Assembly (NCBI RefSeq): GCF_006345805.1
Contig: NC_043003.1
Location: 115,630,001 to 115,694,000 of the forward strand
Source: Octopus sinensis
Taxonomy: Eukaryota
Direction: 5' to 3'
Length of the DNA stretch: 64,000 nt
In this document: piece by piece, positions 38,913 through 51,146 of the stretch
How the letters are laid out: the number at the start of each line of letters is the position of its first letter
How positions within the stretch are numbered: position 1 is the stretch's first letter
Translations under genes and position numbers: made by a program
Notes under the pieces: generated by a model
Told to the model about the DNA's origin: nothing
The model's database searches: none
What the model saw: the letters and a program-made list of their open reading frames with translations, nothing else

Positions 38913-41613
38913 AGACAAATACGAGAAATCAACGACAAGAACAACACTAGCAACAACAATAATTCGACACTAGGAATTAAAACAAGACAACGGCAGCAAT
39001 AAGAAAAACAACAGCAGGAGAAACTGGAACAAGAACATCACCAGCAGTAAAAACAATAACAGAAGCTACGAGAACAAAAATGATGAGAAGACAATAAGTA
39101 GTGGGGAGAAATCACAATTAGGCAATAATCTACTGGTATGGCGGCAAAGCGAGAAAATACTTCTAAGTCATCTAATTAGTTAGTACAAAATATGAAATTG
39201 AATTCGCAAAAAACAGCGGACGATTTGGCACCTCTGCTCGGAATATGGTGCTGTATCGATGTGTGGCAGGAAACACACACATAGAAACCAAAGGACATTC
39301 TGATCTGGAAAGACTCCTGAAAGAAAAATGGGAAGGGGATAGAGCATTCGATAAGTGCCAGGCGTTTCGCGACAATGTATGTCCTTGTCAGGAGAGTTTC
39401 CCATTTGTTGAGGCTCTACAAAGATCACATAGGTTACAGGAAATTCATATTTTATCCAAAATATTTTAGAAGGGAGGATATGCCACGTTAAGCTTGAGTG
39501 TGTTCCACCAAGGATGGGTGTCTAGGGATCTTCGCTTGTGTTGTGTTGTGTTGGAATGCAATGACACAATATTCAGTATATAGCAAACTGAATAGGAATT
39601 TGATTTGAAGTCACAGGGTAAAACGTTCTCCAGATTAAACTGGTAGATATGTATAAGATAGGACGTTGCGTTACATGCGGACGTTGAAGAGTTAAGGCTA
39701 AGATACCAGATGTACGGTGCTGTAAATCACTTAAATGAATTCTGTCAATAGGCTTCGCCACATCCACCACCAACAGCAGCACCAATTAGACGTAAAATCA
39801 GCAGTAGCTGCAGTGAAGGAAACAGTCGTAGACAATTGTAGCTACAGCATGGTCAATTGTAGCTGCAGTTCTGACAACAACAAAACCAACAATAGCAACT
39901 AACAACAACAACAACAACAGAATCAATACTAACTACCCAGGAAAATTCCAATTCTAATTCCCTCCCTTATGTTCCCCTTCTACCCTCTTCTTTTCTATCT
40001 TGACACATGCATGGGTACACAAGGAAACCCTACCGAATACACATGCATTGGATCTAACTGATGTGGAGAAGCAATATTGCGAGAACTTTGGGCAACCAAG
40101 GAAAAAAAATAAAAGCTTTAAAATGCTACACTCTCTCTATATGAACCCATACGGCTTCCTTATTCCACATGAATCCCATCCACTTCAAACTCAGGAAATG
40201 CAAAACTTAATTGTAACGCTACCATCAACAAGACGTACAACAAAACAAAAATCCCCAGGAGCATTGCTAGCGCACACAAATACAAACAATAAATCAAGAA
40301 AACGCAGCTACTCTAAAGTTTTTGCTTTTATGGACCAGATGATATGGAAATAAACATTTGGCAGATGGAAACACACACAACCTGTGGGTTATCATTCACC
40401 CACAAGCATGTCGGGCGCCTCTACAAGCGATATTATCAGATTTTTAACGAACACATTCTGACGCTGATGTTCAGTAACTGTACAAGAGGCATCTATCGAT
40501 TCAGTCTCCTTGACATGAAAGGAAGAGATCAGACTGTGTCATTTCCAAACAGTGCGGCTAATAACCCGTTAGCTATATCCAAACCTAGACTAGAATGGAC
40601 AACTGTAGAAACCGCAATAAAACAGACAAAAATAGCTGTTAGAAATGTTTACAGGACATCATAATCTGAAACAACTAAACTTAGTGAAAGCAGCCATAAG
40701 TAGCACAATCTTTACAGTTGGTCGAGGTTCACATTACTTGTAACGATATGTGCTGGGTCTCTATCACCTCCAATAAAAAAATTTTTGATAACCTTTTTAA
40801 GGTCGCGCAGATGATCCAGTGTTGCAGTTTGCGCAGAAAAAGAAGACAAGAAGACTATAAGTAGAGAGCAGAGAATGTATCTGATACGTACGTCTCAGCA
40901 AGCGAAAGAGATGCAGATTGAGACGTTTGAGCGGCGAAGAGGCGGGGCAAACCACGAAAGGTATAGGTCCAGTCGCGTCAGTTTGCAGCCTTAAGAATGT
41001 GTGGGGAAATCTCATCTCATTGCTGTGACAACGAATCTGATGTAACCGACAGTCATTAGTAAATTTCCTAGCATCTGCTGTGGCAGATTGCATGTAGAAT
41101 GCTAGCTGGAGAACATGCCCTCTGCAGTGGCGACCAAATCGTTTCTATGGTTTCGAAGAGAAACAATAAATTGCTTGCTTTTACGTGTAAGTTGGAGGAT
41201 ATTGCAACAATAGGATGAAAGCAGGGTGGATACCCCTATCTAGAAGCCCAGGAGTAGAAACCTTTCCTAAAAGTCAAATTGGTGGCTTGTGGACGTACTC
41301 CTGTCTATACTTTGGATTAATATACAGCCATTCACGACTCAATCGATCCATCACCGAGAACCAGTGATGTGATTTAGGATATAAGATTTTCCAGACGGGT
41401 AACCATATATCAGTTGGAATCTTAGACAAAACAACATACTGTAGGGTGTGCATTTCAAACAATGGGATGTAAAAAATCTGGAGTGAAATTTCGAAACCTT
41501 ATTCTCGGCATACCAATGGATGGCATCGTTTATATTTTACACTGACACGCCATATGCGATTATCAATATTGGTTTATATGATATCTGGAAATTTACGTGC
41601 ATTTATGTGCATA

Positions 41614-41663
<50 letters not shown>

Positions 41664-41987
41664 TCTGTGGAAGTGCTTGTGTTGTTGATAGATATTTGCT
41701 TTCTACTATATCTTCCCTTCACATTATGATTGTGGTGCTGCATTCTTTTTTTTTTGTTCCTTTCATGGATTCCTTTTATCTCTAAACCATGGATTTTACG
41801 AGAACTTTTTGGCTCCAGAGAGCAACATGGGTATTCGATAATGCAATCATTGTAGACGAGCAACTAGATTAAATATTGGAACTAATTCCGGGAGATGTAA
41901 TATTTTTCTGGTTTTTTCAATAGTTTTGTTTGTCAGGAATTTACACACACACACACACACACACACAGATACATATATATATATGTA

Positions 41988-42054
<67 letters not shown>

Positions 42055-42860
42055 ATATGTATATATATATATATATATGTGTGTATATGTATATATATAT
42101 ATATATGTATGTATGTGTGTGTGTATGCATGTATATCTAAAATTATATATATATATATGAATGCACCTATCTGTGTTTGTGCGTATTTGCGTTTGTGTGT
42201 GTATATGTGTGAGTGCTTGTTAAACATACACATGTTCATTTGGCTAATATCAAAATAGACGATGCAGCAATTAAATATATCTCTATTTATATTCTTCACT
42301 ACGGTTTAATGTTTGCGCATTTACGTTATAAAAAAATATGTGCTAGTCTAACATACATCGTAGATAGCTTAACTTTATTCTTATATTTATATGTTTTGCT
42401 AATCTTGCTTCCAAATTTGTGAATCTGTCTGCTTCGCGGTGTATTTCTTATCGATCGTGCACGAAATACTTTTGTGAAATGAGTAACTGGTCATTTAATG
42501 AGTATAAATCTTGTAAATCAGATCTCACTATCTGCTACAATAATACAAAACTACAGAGTCCTATACAAAGAGACGGTTACGAAGAGATGTATATTTTATA
42601 TTTAAATACACGCAATTTCACGTACCTGAGTCTGTCTGTGATGGGAATATTTGTACCTGCCTGTTTAAGTTTGTTTCTTTTGCAAGCATTTAACACACAA
42701 CATGGAGAACCAGGAATATAATTCACAATATATTATATGCAATGGAATTCTATCAAAATTCAGTTCAAGTTTCCAAAACAGTGATCTACCTCGTTGCCAA
42801 CCTGAGGTAAATCCCAGGAAATCTGAGATACCTGGGTTGTGTACTTAAATCAATATATAT

Positions 42861-43009
42861 AGTTGTGGCGAAAGAGTACAGCGGGGATCGCCACCACCCC
42901 TTGCCGGAGCCTCGTGGAGGTTTAGGTGTTTTCACTCAATAAACACTTACAACGCGATCCTACAACCGCGAGTGCGCTGCCCTAATCACTGGGCCATTGC
43001 ACCTCCACC
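42861..43009 (-). mobile_element. Truncated SINE B, left arm of the palindrome
   Basis: Head present, B-box segment deleted, 3'-truncated. Confidence 0.85.
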
Positions 43010-43021
43010 TAAACATATATA

Positions 43022-43058
<37 letters not shown>

Positions 43059-43207
43059 ATATATCTATATATACATATATATATATATACATACATACAT
43101 ACATAGATACATACATACATACATACATGCATACATACATATGTATATATATATATATATACATATGTATGTATGCATGTATGTATGTATGTATCTATGT
43201 ATGTATG

Positions 43208-43249
<42 letters not shown>

Positions 43250-43251
43250 AC

Positions 43252-43285
<34 letters not shown>

Positions 43286-43301
43286 TAGATATATATGTTT
43301 A

Positions 43302-43450
43302 GGTGGAGGTGCAATGGCCCAGTGATTAGGGCAGCGGACTCGCGGTTGTAGGATCGCGTTGTAAGTGTTTATTGAGTGAAAACACCTAAACCTCCACGAG
43401 GCTCCGGCAAGGGGTGGTGGCGATCCCCGCTGTACTCTTTCGCCACAACT
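43302..43450 (+). mobile_element. Truncated SINE B, right arm of the palindrome
   Basis: Carries the same deletion and truncation as the left arm. Confidence 0.85.
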
Positions 43451-43743
43451 ATATATATTGATTTAAGTACACAACCCAGGTATCTCAGATTTCCTGGGAC
43501 TTACCTCACGTTGGCAACGAGGTAGATCACTGTTTTGGAAACTTGAACTGAATTTTGATAGAATTCCATTGCATATAATATATTGTGAATTATATTCCTG
43601 GTTCTCCATGTTGTGTGTTAAATGCTTGCAAACGAAACAAACTTAAACAGGCAGGTACAAATATTCCCATCACAGACAGACTCAGGTACGTGAAATTGCG
43701 TGTATTTAAATATAAGATATACATCTCTTCGTAACCGTCTCTT

Positions 43744-43821
<78 letters not shown>

Positions 43822-46800
43822 TATATATATATACATACATATATATATACATATATTTATACATATATATATACATCTTTTGGCAGTTGCGCCGCCATAA
43901 GTTCTTTAGCATTTGAGCAGCAGCATAAGGCTTTCCACAGCATTCCTGCCTTAGAAGAAAGCTGGAGAACCTCCTATAAATAATTTGGAAGTGTTGATGA
44001 GAAAATCATAAAGTCCGTCGTTGAAGAACTTGATTACCTGCTCTTTCCACTTCCTGATGTCCCATATATCGACATTCTGTGCTATCTAATTCCTTCAGAT
44101 ACCCTGTTCGTTTCATTATGTTTACCCTATGGAGGGAGTTTTCAGCTAATCAACTACTAGCTTGATTGCATTTGTTCTCTTGTATCCTTATTTTTCTCCT
44201 TGAGATGCCCGCACCAAAATACTTTGCTGTCTATCAACTGTTGTATCACATTTGGTTTTGTTCCCCACTGTAGCAATAATTCTTCATCCCTAACAAAATT
44301 AAATGGAAATCTGAGATTGATGCTGCTGTCATACTGCCAGATATGGCTGAAACAGTGAGGCAAACCAAGTTATCTGCGAAGGGGGCTATTCAAGCTTCAC
44401 CCTACGACTCTCATGGGAAATGAGGATCCTTTTCACTTAAATCTAACCCTACAAAATTTATTGTAGTCTAGGGATGTCTACAGACCTCAGCCAACGCCCA
44501 GCTCTCTTTCCAGATTTGCTCTTGTCGATTTGACTGAGTCACAGTCTTCGAAGAAATTCTGAAGAAATTCTGTATACTTGTCACTGAATTCTGTGTGGTA
44601 GGCGGAATCGAATCTGTCTCCCCCTTGGAGCAGGATTGTTGGTGACTTCTCTTGAAAATCATGCTATGGGGCTTTGCAGCTCTTTTACGTAATGAGAAAC
44701 ACAGTACTCATGATGTTAGAGTTTAAGCTGTCTAAGTGACATCGAACCGTAGGCATTGCAAGTTCAAATCACAGTGTTACCAAATCATATTTCTATCATG
44801 TTTTCTTGAGCTCTATAAGCACGTGTGTGTGTGTTTCCAGCAAGTAAGGACAATTGGTGTGCATTCTCTCTGTAGCGAGATGTCAATTGCTGTGGTACTC
44901 TACAAAGTTTAATGAGTATCTGGGACATATTACAGAAAAAAATATTGCTCTCTAACCTGCATAAGGAGATGACAGACAATTCGTCCATATTCTCGGATGT
45001 TTCCTGTTTGGGTAAATATAACCCCTCAGCATTACCCCGTCATTTGGCAACCTTCCTTCCGAAAATCACCTTCACGGACTACACGACATTCTCTCAAGAA
45101 GAGAGAATTATTCCAATCAAGTTATCATTTCGCGCGAAAGTGTATATGCACCTCTGCATCTTTAGTGAAGTGCAGTGACATCTGTTTCCTCACTCTGATA
45201 TAAATTAGTAAATATAAATAAAATCATCAACTTTGTAATATCGGTAACCAATGTAAAATTAATTGCTGCGTAAATGCATATAATATTGATCTGATATTGG
45301 ATTCTTATATCAGCAGAAATCATATAGTTGTAACAGTTGGGTATAGTTATTTTTTACATGTAACAATATCCAATATCAGTCATTTCTATTATGGCGTATC
45401 AATATTTCAATGTACCCTGCATGGAGAGCGTAGATTGCAGCTATCTGCAACATGCATTAACAAGACAAAAGTGAAATATTGCGTGTTTGAATAATGTTCT
45501 GATAAAAAAGAAAAAAGAGAAAAGACAAACATTTCGAGCAATTTTCCTCTGGCACAGATATTCACTACCCTCCGACTCAGATACTTTCATCGGCATTTCA
45601 CAGATTTATCCTGTTTCTTCTGGTACTTCTGATAAATTGGCGAATGTGCGTTTGAAGTCTTCTTCCATATATTTCAGTTAACTGTCTGCTAAGGAAAGGC
45701 GAATACCAAATGGAAAAGATACATTACAAATGTATTGCTATCCGTTGGACAGTGTATTGCAGTAGTCTTATAGTATAGGAACTCTTTACACTTTGCTTAA
45801 ATTACCATTTCCTGCGCCAGAGTGATATGTGCCATCGGCAATTCTCACCGCCCTCACGACTCTATTTTTATTCATAATCTTATCTGTTTAAATAACAGTC
45901 GTTTACGAAAGGTACAGCAACGCTCGCCTTACTACGTATATTTATATGCATTTTGATGGCCATTTCATTTTAATCATTCCTGGGTTTACGAGACCTTGTT
46001 GCTGTTACTGCTAATTGATCTATCCCATCCATGCCTACAACCAGTGATTCCAGATGGTGATGACGAATTAGTCATGTCAGAAGATGAGTAATGTAATAAA
46101 ATGCTTAAAGCTACTGAGTAAGATGCCTTAGAAAAGATCAGGACGTTGTTGGAAGGAAAAAACTTATTTCAGTTTGGGATGAACATAAGTTATAATATAA
46201 AGGAAAATTATTTTCTCTAATTTTTTATGGACATCAAATTGGTGTTCAGCAATGATATCGTATGTTTTTTAAAGCTACGTATCTGCAACAAGAATGAATA
46301 AACATACAGTAAAAATAGTTATATTTTCATTAAAATCAATAGACGTTAACGTAATGCAAATTATAGTTTAGTAAAATTTTGGTGCAACCTATAATTAACG
46401 AATAAGGCATGAAATGATTGTTTATTATTTAGGGTACTCCATATACTAACATCAATTCTGGTACAGACTTTGTATCGAAATAGCAGATCATTTATTAGTT
46501 ATAAGTGATGCATCAAACATAAATGTTTTGGAAAAGCAAACTAATTATAACCGAGAATATACCAAATAATTGCACCAATAAATGTTCAATTGGCCTCAGT
46601 AACTTATAATTCAATTAGTAGAGCCAGTTAGGATGTCTATTGTTTAGCAATATGCATTAATTTGATGGAAACTCGCAACATTTAGTTTAAATTTGAAACT
46701 AGATTACACACTGAATATTTGTTCAAGCATTTAACAGGTTAAGAACTCAATGATTTAAATAAGACTGGAATTTGATCTCCTATTGTTTTGTGTCAAATTA

Positions 46801-47024
46801 CTGAAAAGTTTTGGATTAAAATGCTTCTAAGAAATTGCTAATTTTTAAAATTCCAGTTGGAAAATTTAGTCCGGATCAATACTTTTACTAATTATGTATA
46901 TGTTGCGACTTGCTGTACAGGCGATAATCCCGTAACCCGCCTCAATAGAAAAGTATTGTTGGAGAGGCTGGGAATACTACAGAAATATTATAACGGGTAA
47001 TGAAGTTATATTCACATTTGAATA

Positions 47025-47408
47025 TCTCTCTCTATATAAACGGCAGTTTGTCTGTGTGTGTTTCTGTGTGTCTGTTTGGTTGTACCCTCACCCTGACCAC
47101 GGCTTTCAACCGATTCTGATGAAACTTGACACACACATAGCCCAATGTCATAATTCAAAACTAACGCAGCGAAAATTTTGAAAAGTTCCCCCAGTTCTGA
47201 AAAAAATCGATAAATTCACATGGGGTCGAGAATCAGAAACACAAACCACAGACTGTCTAGGAGACGCAACTCGACCTTTTTTAACTCTCAAAAAAAATTT
47301 ACCATCATTTTTTCCCCATTTTTTTGCTATTTTTTGGCTATAACTCTCTAAAAATGCTTTATAGTTATTTCCCTTACAAACCTGAGCAACGCCGGGCGAT
47401 ACTGCTAG
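47025..47408 (+). mobile_element. Non-autonomous Helitron H2
   Basis: A|TCTCTCTCTATATAAACGG start, hairpin, CTAG|T end. Confidence 0.85.
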
Positions 47409-49273
47409 TTTGTCAATAAACAAAGGTAGTATTAGTTATGAAACGAGCGAGTGAAAGAAAGACAAAAGACAAATATTAGGCGTGCTTAATGGAAATAACC
47501 AATTTAATATTACGCTAGTTTATTTTTTCTGGCGATTTTGTTTTTCATAATTTAAGTATGTTATATGAGATTTAGCACGCAAATGGTAACGCGAAAGAGT
47601 TATATATCTGAACTTTTGTAGTATTATTTGAATAAGTGAATAATCATTCATTTCTGTCAAAATTGAGTAAAATGGGTGAGTATCGTTGAGATGAGGAAAC
47701 CAAACGAGTAAACTTACTGTGGAGTTTATCAAAACATCTTCACTTATTTCACTTCTTCGTTTTTATTATTCTACTGCATACTACAGCCTAATAACGAAAC
47801 GGTTTACTTCATTGTAGCAGGAAAATAGGCAAAAAGATTGGTAATATCAAAATTACGCAAAATGTGTTAGTCTGTTTAGTTTCAAGAATACGGTGGGCAG
47901 CACATATGGGGAAGTCCAACCTGTCAATGAAAATTGTTTTCTGATAAGACTGTATTATCAATAGAAATCAGTTTATTATCATGTCCTTAGTGTCTCATTA
48001 AAATCTAATTCACTGACATATTCGGGGGAAGCAGAAAGAAGAGTGCATGGATAATATCTATAGCCTTGCTCCATCAACAGAATTACAGGAAGAACTCCGA
48101 TGTAAATTTGTTGTAAATATTATTGCAGTTTTGATTGCCTTTCAAAATTGAAAAAAGATCATAAAATGCCAACTAGAATCAAATACCAATTAATTCTAGG
48201 TGTGTGTCTGTGTGGGGCACACTTAGCATTAGAGATGTTGGTAGGTGTTTTGAGTTCTGAACATGGTGTAGGATGCATTATCCTTTCCAGTAATGAGGTA
48301 GATCGGAGAAAGATTAAACTATTTTTTTTTTCAAATGTAACAAGAACCTTTACAATTTTAAAATTAAAAGATTAATAGAAGCATTTTGAGCGAGGCTTCA
48401 TTGCATTCCTAATGTTTGAGATGTTGTTTTAAAATTAGATGATATTAGTTATCCCCTATTTGAAGACGAGGACTTTCTAATTTAAGAAGTGACACCAATT
48501 ATAGCACAGCTTACGTATCAATTAGACATTATGAATTTTATGCAAAATGTTAATCGTTATCGTCATGATAAACATGATCTAGAATTTGTTCTTTAAATCA
48601 ATAATAATCTCATTATCCTCAAGCAGTTAATCTTCATCTTCCTTATGTAGACTTAGGCGCACTCGCAATGAGCGACACTTGGGGCAAACAAAGAACTCCA
48701 GCAAGTCTGCTTTTGCACTTCGAACTTTTTCCATAGCTTCAGTTTTCTCACCTGAAGAACAATCACTTGCATTTAGAAAACAAACTGTAAATGGAGCAGT
48801 CACCCATGACTGCTAGCTGCGATTCATGAAGTATAGTGTTCCCGGCCTTCAGTCACGGACACCTGTTCGTTAGTCTTTTGTGACTCTTCTACATTTGCTG
48901 TTGACCGTTGCCGCTCTTCCTACCCTAGTTTTTTTGGCGCAAATACTGCCACCTAATATGCTTCATCCTGCCAGCTGTGACGGGGCATCGGACTGAGTAA
49001 CTTGACGTTAGTACATGTGAGGCGGCGACGCTCACCAAAGTATTTCTACGCAGTTATATAACACAGCTCTTTGAAGATGGTTCTCATGGAAGTTTTGACT
49101 AGCTGTGGTGAGGATGATTACGAGAGTGAGGAAGATTATGGTTACACTAGGAGTACAAGTAGCAACTGTAATAGTAAGTATAATAATGGTAATATTACTT
49201 TCAAATTTTGACACGCGGCCAGTAATATGTGTGGAGGGACAAGCCGATAACATCGACACCCACTGCCTCTTTG

Positions 49274-49401
49274 TTGGTATTTTATCGACCCCGAAATGAT
49301 GAAAGTCGATTCTGGGGGCGTATGAACTCATAACGTAAAGACGGACGAAATACTCTTAAGCATTTTGCCTGGCGAGCTCACGATTGTACCAGCTTGCTGC
49401 C
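49274..49401 (-). mobile_element. Degenerate SINE family C
   Basis: TTGGTATTTTATCGACCCCGAAA...AAGCATTTTGCCTGGCG...CCAGCTTGCTGCC is the reverse of the C head and core. Confidence 0.6.
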
Positions 49402-49961
49402 GATCTAATAATTATAATATTAGTCGTAGTAATAGTAATAATGCTAAAACTACTACTAGAAACAATAAAGATTTCTTTAACAACGAAGTTTTTACAAAAG
49501 AGACCACGAAAGTACACTTAGGTTCAGTGTAATACAATGATGGAAGAATTCACCACGTGTAGTTGAGGGTAAAAGAAAACGTTGAACGACAGTAAGTACG
49601 TCCAAAATTTATAAAGCAGTGACATACATACATAGATACTTGTAGCACACATATATATACGTGTAGAGTGAAAATAAATCACACTATTTAATGTGACAGA
49701 CTACACTGCAAAAAAAAAAAATCACTGATTTCATTTCTGTTTACAAACTTTCTCCGTGTCTACACTAAACATACGCACAAATCCTTTTATGTATACACAC
49801 GCAATATTTAAGAAAAAGAGGAATATACACAAAAAAGAACGAAACATGTGTATATACACACACAATATTTAAGAACAAAAGGAATATACACAAAAAAGAA
49901 CGAATCAAAAACAAATATTTTACTTTTATCGTATTGTTGTTTACATTTTCTGTCTCTACGG

Positions 49962-51146
49962 ATGACCAGAAGCAACAAAATCGCCATAGCGGAGTGCGAT
50001 AAGACTGGTCGCTGCTCCAAAATAGAACACTGCCCAGAAAATCACACCTGCCACATCTGTACGGAACCCGAAAATACGTTCCGTAATCGCTGGGTTGAAT
50101 GTGGGACATGCCTCATCTCTGTCTGCCTCCAATGTGCCACGGACTTTCAGAAGATCCCAGGCCAAAAAAAGAGCCATTATAATGCTATGATGGATAGACT
50201 CTGGAAGATGGTTCAGCTTAAATCTTGGACTTTTCAGTGTCAGGCCTGCGTGCCTCCACTGCCGACGATTGTGTCTCCCCCTGCCACTCCCGTGGGGAAG
50301 GCGTAACAGCAACAGCAGCAACAACAAAATCAACCACAACTAGAGCAGCAGCAGCAGCAGCAACAACGACAACAGCAGCAACAACAAAACCAACCACAAC
50401 CAGAGCAGCAGCAACAACAACAACATCAACAACAACAGCAGCAACAACAAAATCAACCACAACCAGAGCAGCAGCAGCAACAACAACAACACCAATTGAC
50501 CAGTGCGGTTCTTGCAGAACTGCAACAATCGATCTGTGCTTTAAGAGGGGAAGTAGCAGGAATAAAAGCAAGCATTCAGGTTGGACTCCACAATGAGGGG
50601 TCTTATCGGAATGCTCTGCTAAAGAACCTCCCTGTACCTGTACCTGTACCTCTTGTCGCATCTAAGACCGCGGATTCTGCTACCCATGAAGTTATTGCCA
50701 TTGGGGTGCCAGAAGACATGGCTGATCTTCAGGCATTTGCTGCCAACTCAGCCAAAGACCTAGGCTGCGTTCCCCCAACGGGTGCTCTCTGCCTTGGACG
50801 ACCTGGCCCAAAACCCAGGCTCATCAAGCTGTCTTTTTCGGACCACGCTGAGGCAACCTCTTACCATCTGGCCTCAGTTAAAGCTGGACGTGAAAATCGG
50901 ACCACCTTCCGAACACGCCCAGGCTTACCGTCCGATGTACGTCAGAAGCTACGTGTAGCGTCTTCCCTGAACAGGAACTCAGCTCTACAAGAAAGCTTCA
51001 GTCTTCGGGAAGATGGACAAATCTGGAGATTTGTTAAGACTGCTGAAACGTGGAAGAGAGATACCAGCTGGTCTGAGTGCTCTCTACCCACAATAACTAA
51101 CACTGAAAAAAAATCTAAAAAGACTACAGCAACTCAGGGAAACTAA
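49962..51146 (+). pseudogene. LINE ORF1 (PHD-like finger, polyQ, coiled coil, RRM-like domain), one premature TAA at 50304-50306
   Basis: ORFs 49848-50306 and 50496-51146 share one frame; CHIC..ECGTCLISVCLQC..CQAC; VIAIGVPE and CLGRPGPKPRLIKLSF motifs. Confidence 0.8.

Larger units (their letters stand above)
42567..43744. repeat. Spacer-less ~1.18-kb palindrome centred on (TA)n at 43152/43153
   Basis: Arms read as reverse complements base by base; I count five substitutions in ~445 bp of non-microsatellite arm. Confidence 0.95.

Noticed and set aside
39170-41300. Non-repeat-looking stretch with several 60-120 aa ORFs (similar at 43.9-45.2 kb and 48.6-49.0 kb)
   Set aside because: No recognisable domain, splice pattern or consistent frame; may be very old TE debris. 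A translated search would be needed.
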